A stretch of 64,000 nt of DNA from Eledone cirrhosa (taxonomy: Eukaryota), in NCBI GenBank assembly GCA_964016885.1, contig OZ024740.1:243970001-244034000 (forward strand). Direction: 5' to 3'. The notes beneath the pieces are model-generated. The model saw only the letters and a list, made by a program, of their open reading frames with translations, searched no databases and was not told the origin of the DNA. Shown here one piece after another: positions 54,806-64,000 of the stretch. Numbering within the stretch: position 1 is the stretch's first letter; every line of letters starts with the position of its first letter. A program made the position numbers and the translations under genes.

Positions 54806-54991
54806 AATTGTTTCTACTTTAGGCACAAGGCCAGCAATTACCCAGTGCATTACTGGTACTTTATTTTATCGACCCCATAAGGATGAAAGGCAAAGTCAAC
54901 CTCGGCGGGATTTGAACTCAGATCGTAAAGGGACGTAACTTGCTGGAAAGCATGGCGTCCGACCCTCTACCGATACTGCCAATCCACCGCC
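54806..54991 (-). mobile_element. tRNA-derived SINE, full length
   Basis: Reverse complement of the consensus, flanked by ATATAAT. Confidence 0.92.
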
Positions 54992-55197
54992 ATATAATGC
55001 TTACAGAACGAAAACACAAACAAATATAATATATAAAAAGGGAAGGGAAAGGAAAAAGTAGAAAGAGAAAAAACACACACAAGCAGGTAATACACACATC
55101 CAGGTCCATATACAACAAAAGGTAGGCGAAAGAGGTGGACAAACGAGCCGCTAATAGAGCAAAAGATAACAATATAGCGAGGAGCACTTGGAAATCT

Positions 55198-55600
55198 CTA
55201 ATAATTTTTGAGGCAAACTAGCATGCTCACAGCGTTACCTCGGGTGATAGCGAGGCTGAGGTGCTGGAACAAACAAGCACCCCCACGAGCATCACCAGTT
55301 ACCTCGGTTAGGCGAACCGCCAGTGAAGATAAGAACCTTGCTGTCTGTAGCCCGACTCCCCCAAACGTCTCGAACGCCACAGGCTGGAAAATGTAGTTAG
55401 CCGACAGATCACGGTATTTTAGGATTTTGTTCTGTTCAGTTGTGGGAAGAAGCAGAAGAGTCACTAACTGTGACGTCCCAGATAAGGCACCTGCTTTTGA
55501 CCAGGAGCACAGGGTAAGACCGTAAGGTCTTTTCCCATCAATTCTGGACAACCTAGACAGTTCTAAATTTGTGGGGATGTTTGCCTGGGCCAAAGCTCTT
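55198..55600 (-). mobile_element. CRE-like RLE non-LTR retrotransposon 3' fragment
   Basis: DGKRPYGLTLCSW, KILKYRDL..YIFQPVAFETFG, LFQHLSLAITRGNA. Confidence 0.7.
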
Positions 55601-55769
55601 AAGTGCTAATAGGACAGTGTGTGTATGTGCACGTGCGGTGTTCTTTAATTAGACACGTGTGTGTGTATATGTGAGTGTCACTGTTTTTAAGTTAGAAACA
55701 TATATATGTGTGTACCTCCTTCTTTCCTTTTACACACACATACATTCACCTACACACACACACATACAT

Positions 55770-56460
55770 TGTGTGGCGGACGGATGGACAAAAGTCCCTC
55801 AAATTCATATACATGTGAATGGAGTTCTACTGAAGCAGGTAGAGAAGTTCAAGTATCTCGGGGCCGTGTTCATGAGTAATGGAATGCTGGAGGCTGATTT
55901 AAGTGCAAGAATTGTTAAAGCTGATGCAGTAATGCACCAGCTTCAGCATTCAGTAATCGAAAGAAGGGAGGTAGGTGTAAAAGCCATACTCGCTGTCTTC
56001 CTGGTATTCCTGCCAACTCTTACCGAGGCTCATGAATCTTGGATAATGACCGAAAGAATACAATTGCAAATACAAGCGCCAGAAATGGGGTTCCTCCGAA
56101 GGGTCTTTGGAGTAACATTACTCGATAAAGTGCATAGCTCAGAGACCAGAGAGTCACTCCTGGTAGAGCCACTACTTCTCCGAATTGAGAGATTACAACT
56201 CCGATATTATGAGCATGTAGTTAGAATGTCTCAGTAAAGAATCGCTGGACAGATTTTACAGGCAAAACCAACCGGCAAGAGACCCAGAGGTAGACCCTGA
56301 GCAAGATAGTTAGATAACATCCATTAGCTTGGCTGGTCACGCTTTGGGATCCAGCTGGATCAGTTAGAGATGTTTGCTTCTGACAGACTCGCTGGAAGGA
56401 GTGTTTGAGAAGGACTCTGCCCCCACGACCCTCTCAGAAATAAGTGGGCGAAGAAGAAGA
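55770..56460 (+). mobile_element. RTE-clade LINE 3' fragment
   Basis: LKQVEKFKYLG, HESW, EMGFLRRVFGVTLLDK, GKRPRGRP; (GAA)n tail at 56450-56460. Confidence 0.82.
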
Positions 56461-57058
56461 TATTGTCAATTTACATGTCAATTTACATATATCTATATGC
56501 ATATATATTTGCGTATAATACTAATATGCACACTACATTTGCTATCAGAAAACCTCCCGAAGGGCGGTTCTTCTGCTAGTGATTATAATACTAGTCAGTC
56601 ACGATAAATATTAGTTAAGAACCTCGAGTAAAATATCATTGGAGACGGAAAACAGTTGATACTTTACCCGAGATTCTCAACTATTATTCATTTTGATCGA
56701 CTATTATTATAATCATTTATGTAGGGAAGAATAGATTTCAAATAAAAAATAAAAAAATGTATGTATATATATAATTTTGGTATGCTTATATACTTTTTTC
56801 TTCTAACTTTGATTTTATACCTAATTGTGTATGGTTGACGATATATTTAATCGATTTCCACGTGCTATTAGAAATGGTGGGTAAATATTCTATAGCTGTT
56901 GATCGTGGATAGATAGTTGTCGTTTATTTATCTATTATTTCTTCATAGGTGCCTTTTAATCTTATAGCCTTGTTAATTGTTTTTTGTGTGGTTGATTATG
57001 CTGATTGGGAGAGGAAATACTGTATATATTTTATCAAATGATTCAATGAACATACTTT

Positions 57059-57191
<133 letters not shown>

Positions 57192-57561
57192 GTATCCACT
57201 GTAAGTTGTGGGGTCTATTCTGCATGAAGAACACGATGTAATCCATATGTTAAAAATGTTGTAGGTTAAGATAAATCTCAGAAAACAATAAAACATTAAA
57301 AGGAAAACAGAGTCATGATATAAGTTAAAACAATGGAATAAAAAATCAAGCCATTAGAGATATACTTCACTCCTTTACGATCGTTTCTAGATGGTGATAA
57401 TACATTGTATCTATACTTAGTTATTGATCTATGTAAGTTTACAAACTATCAGATAGAGAGAATATTTACTTACATGCATATCACCAGGTGTTTTTTAAGA
57501 AACGATCGTAAAGGAGTGAAGTATATCTCTAAGGACTTGATTTTTTATTTCATTGTTTTAA

Positions 57562-60220
<2,659 letters not shown>

Positions 60221-60381
60221 ATTTGCTCTACGGTTCATATATATTTGATATATATTTATCCTTATCGAGCCCTCTTTGGATTTTAGTCTTCAAATTTATT
60301 ATTATTACTAAATATATATATATATATATATATACATATACATATGTGTGTGTATGTGTGTGTGTGTATTTGTGTGTGATT

Positions 60382-60433
<52 letters not shown>

Positions 60434-60861
60434 TACCCGCACACCACCCCCACACCACCCCCACACATAGGAACACATTATATAAAGTGGCAAAATACTT
60501 TGATTCTTGCTAAGTATAAATTACTGCTTTGATTTACAAATGGCGTTTGACTTCTCGGTAAAGATTAACTTTTTTTTGTTTTGTTTTCGTTGGTTACTGA
60601 GTATGTTGTATAGATCTCAGTATCTTGTATAGATCTCACATTGGGAGTGTGTGTGATAGGAAAAAAGAGAGGTGGGGTTCCTAAATGGTAAATATTTGTT
60701 TAAACATCAGTTTACATTAATGGTTGATGTAGCCAGAAGTTTTCTATTGTTTAGTTCATGGTATGGGAGTGGCTGTTTCTAGTTTATATAATGTAGACTT
60801 GATGTTTCATACGGTCTAAATACGATAACATGCTGTAAATCATTTGCCTATATGGAGTGCG

Positions 60862-60901
<40 letters not shown>

Positions 60902-61469
60902 TATGAAGCGTTTAGAGTTCGATGATCAGGAAGACTGTAAATCAGGGTGTCGTTATAGACATAATGTATCGTCCCAACGTAGAATACTCGACATTTCCAC
61001 TCAAGCCTCATCAATGCGGATAACGAACCAAAACGAAGGGGAATTCCGTTAGGACTATATTTTGTACGTACGTACGTACGTATGTGTGAATGAATAAGGG
61101 AGTTTCAGATCGGACAACACACAGTCTATGTCGGGGTGGGTGGATAAGTTTTGTTTAATTTTTGTATTCTCAAACGTCCAAATTCGACAAAAGTTTTGCC
61201 TGACTAGAAGTGCAAATAACTTGACAGGAGTTGTGAAAGTTGCATAAATATTTTTATACATTTTCCCAATGCAATCGCTGTTTACATTTTATTTACACCC
61301 TAATACATTTTAATCAAATATGGCTAAATTTATGCTGAAATATACACTTTATAAATGAATGTTTTGATATTATATTGAAAAAATCTCTCCAGCATTTTCT
61401 ACTGAACAATTTTTTTTTCTTTTTACTATTTGTTTATATATACCAACTCGTGTGTTACTTTTCTACATT

Positions 61470-61515
<46 letters not shown>

Positions 61516-61699
61516 GTAATAACTTAGAAGAAATATCCAAGGTAGAGAGAAACTCGAGTCCGTAGGACGAGTTTTAATATAGTTATTAAGGCCAGTTACT
61601 ATAATGGAGCCATACTAGGGATATACGTTTCGTTTGCCTGGAGGACCAACTTTTTCATCCAATGCCAGTAGGTTAAAAATGTTGCTCCTCCAGGATCAA

Positions 61700-63070
61700 G
61701 CTAATGACCGAGAAATATTTTAGATCAATGTGGTGTCTGTGGTAAATGAAAGGTTTGGTGTTTGCAATTTATGTTGATCCCAAAGCTTCTCTGGCCTCTG
61801 CTAATATACGATATCAGCTCTAGTACAGTGGAGGCCATGGAGCCAAAATCAACAAATACACAAGGAAGTGGCTAGGTGTCCCACCAGCTCTCACTCATGT
61901 TGCACTCTAATGTCAAGCTCTTGCTACCCCTCAAATTAATTGTTGAGGAGTACAAAGTCGAAAAAGCAAGGTCCTTGACCATGCCTCAGAACTCGGAAGA
62001 CAAGGGCCTGAGGTCGATGCGGCCCAAGCTGAAAACATGCAGAAATGGAAGGTCAATGAGGCGGTAGATGCAGCAAAAGAAAGTCTTACGATCAGAGATA
62101 TAATGGACACACTAATAGGCAATGACTGGGAGCAACAAAGATGGAACGGTAGTCAGACAGAGGCCAGGGCAAAGATGAGGATAGATCTGCTTTTACAGGA
62201 GGTAAAGGAAGAAGAGGATTCTAGAAGACCCCGAAAGGCATTTTAGCAGAGCCAACAGGACCAGTGGATGACGTGGGAAGGTGCACTCCAGAAGTGTCTT
62301 AGTTGGAATGACTTGTGGCATGTGGTACCTCTCATAATCAGTTTTCTCCTCAGATCTGTCTATAACCTCCTGCCCTTGAATACGAATTTAGTCAAGTGGG
62401 GGAAAATCAGATATCCCCGAGTGCCCACTCTGCTAGGGTAAGCAGAGAGTGGAACAGGCTCTGAGCTCATGCAGAGTAGCACTAGCCCAGGGTAGATATA
62501 CGTGGAGACACAATCAAGTGCTGAAAGAGATCATACATGTGATAAGTACGGCAAAAGTAAAACCCGTAGTATGTGAATCTCCCATAACATTCTATACGGC
62601 AAGAGACGGCAAATCATGGCCAGGAACAGCTATGCCATACAGAGCACAGGGCTCGCGTCTTCTGAGTGGTGCGGACGACTGGGAGTGTACAGTAGATTTC
62701 GCAGTATCAGAAAAATAACCAGAAACCACCAGAAAGAGTGGTTTGAGGCCGGATAACATACTACATACCAGTTCAACAAAACAACTGATTTTCATTGAAC
62801 TACTCATGCCATTTGAAAGTAGAAAAGAAGCGCACGTATTCAAGTCCGAGAAATATGCCAGTTTGGCCAATAGTCTGTGGGAAGCTGACTTCTGAGTCAA
62901 AGTTCTTGCCATAGAAGTTGGAGCCAGAGGCTTTGTGGGAAAATCTGCCTACAATCTCATGTAACAACTTTCAGTCTCTGGGAAGATGAGGACCAAAGCT
63001 CTAAAGGCAACATAAGAGGCAGTGGAAAGGTGTTCCAGCTGGATCTGGTCGAGGAGGAACAAAAACGACC
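61700..63070 (+). mobile_element. HERO-like RLE non-LTR retrotransposon, decayed 3' half
   Basis: LYNLLPLNTNLVKWG, CPLC, LSSCRVALAQGRYTWRHNQVL, LRPD, IELLMPFE, IEVGARGFVG. Confidence 0.78.
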
Positions 63071-63205
63071 TCCATACCACGTGAGAGGCATCGTTTGTAT
63101 CTTAACTCGCACTAAGAGAAGTAATTCTGAGTCAGTTGTAGTTTATAGTGTTGGCGATACTGTTGATGTCTCACCGCTCACCATGACAGCCAACGTTATT
63201 TTTCC

Positions 63206-63385
63206 TGGATTGGCAGTATCGGTAGAGGGTCGGACGCCATGCTTTCCAGCATAGTTACGCCCCTTTACGATCTCAGTTCAAATCCCGCCGAGGTTGACTT
63301 TGCCTTTCATCCTTACGGGGTCGATAAAAGAAAAGTACCAGTGATGCACTGGGTAATTGCTGGCCTTGTGCCTAAAGTAGAAACA
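63206..63385 (+). mobile_element. tRNA-derived SINE
   Basis: Consensus match; TSD GTTATTTTTCC at 63195-63205 and 63386-63396. Confidence 0.92.
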
Positions 63386-64000
63386 GTTATTTTTCCAATT
63401 CAAGAAAGTATCTAAATATAACTTTTAAAGCAGAGACAACGGAGAGGAATTCCTGCTAGATCCTGTCCACAAAATCTCCCTATGGTTTAAATACACAGCA
63501 AGCCTCCCATATCTAAATGGCTAAATGTCAGCAAAAGTGAAACCAGAAGTCATGACCTGGATGCCACCCGGCCCCTTAGAGTGTAAGAAGTTAAAAGCTG
63601 AAACACTCGCTTGAATGGGGTTGACTAAACACAGACGTGCTTTCCTCTCGTGAAAAATATTTCAATTCTTTTTCTCTTCTTACTTTTGTCAATCTTCCAA
63701 TTTCTTCTATCGTCCATTTATCTTCCGAAGAAGAACTATCAACCGAAAGGTTAAGACTCTTTCCCCACTATATTACAGCGTTAAACTTATATATATCATC
63801 CTTTTATTATACTGTTCTCCCATGATGTTTTTCTTTTGTTGACTTTTCGCATACACCCAGGTCCCAAATAATAAAGGTGTGCGTGGAATAAGCGGCGTGG
63901 TCGTGGGGGTGGAAATTTGCTTAAATTCTTATACGTGGGGGTTGGAATAAACGTGGTGGTTGGTAAATCGGTAATTGTATAGTGTACGTTCGTAAATATG

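Overview
This is AT-rich, microsatellite-dense animal DNA. The SINE, Penelope and (TA)n content suggests a cephalopod such as Octopus (inference). It holds one intact protein-coding gene, which I assembled by hand on the minus strand from three exons (33434-33097, 12998-10421, 5655-5356) with canonical, phase-compatible GT-AG introns, giving about 1071 aa. The protein is a single-pass receptor: signal peptide, PstS-like phosphate-binding ectodomain, TM helix, receptor-guanylate-cyclase kinase-homology domain, coiled coil and a catalytically degenerate class III cyclase domain. It is a candidate animal extracellular phosphate/oxyanion sensor. Its 20-kb first intron carries a 13-kb head-to-tail array of (TAA)n-associated R4/Dong-type retrotransposons. 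The rest is repeats: tRNA-derived SINEs, Penelope-like elements with minimal hammerhead ribozyme motifs and inverted repeats, decayed Chapaev3-like, Tc1/mariner and Helitron DNA transposons, RTE/CRE/HERO-like LINE fragments and minisatellites. There is also a full-length U6 snRNA copy. Family names come from motif recognition, not database searches.
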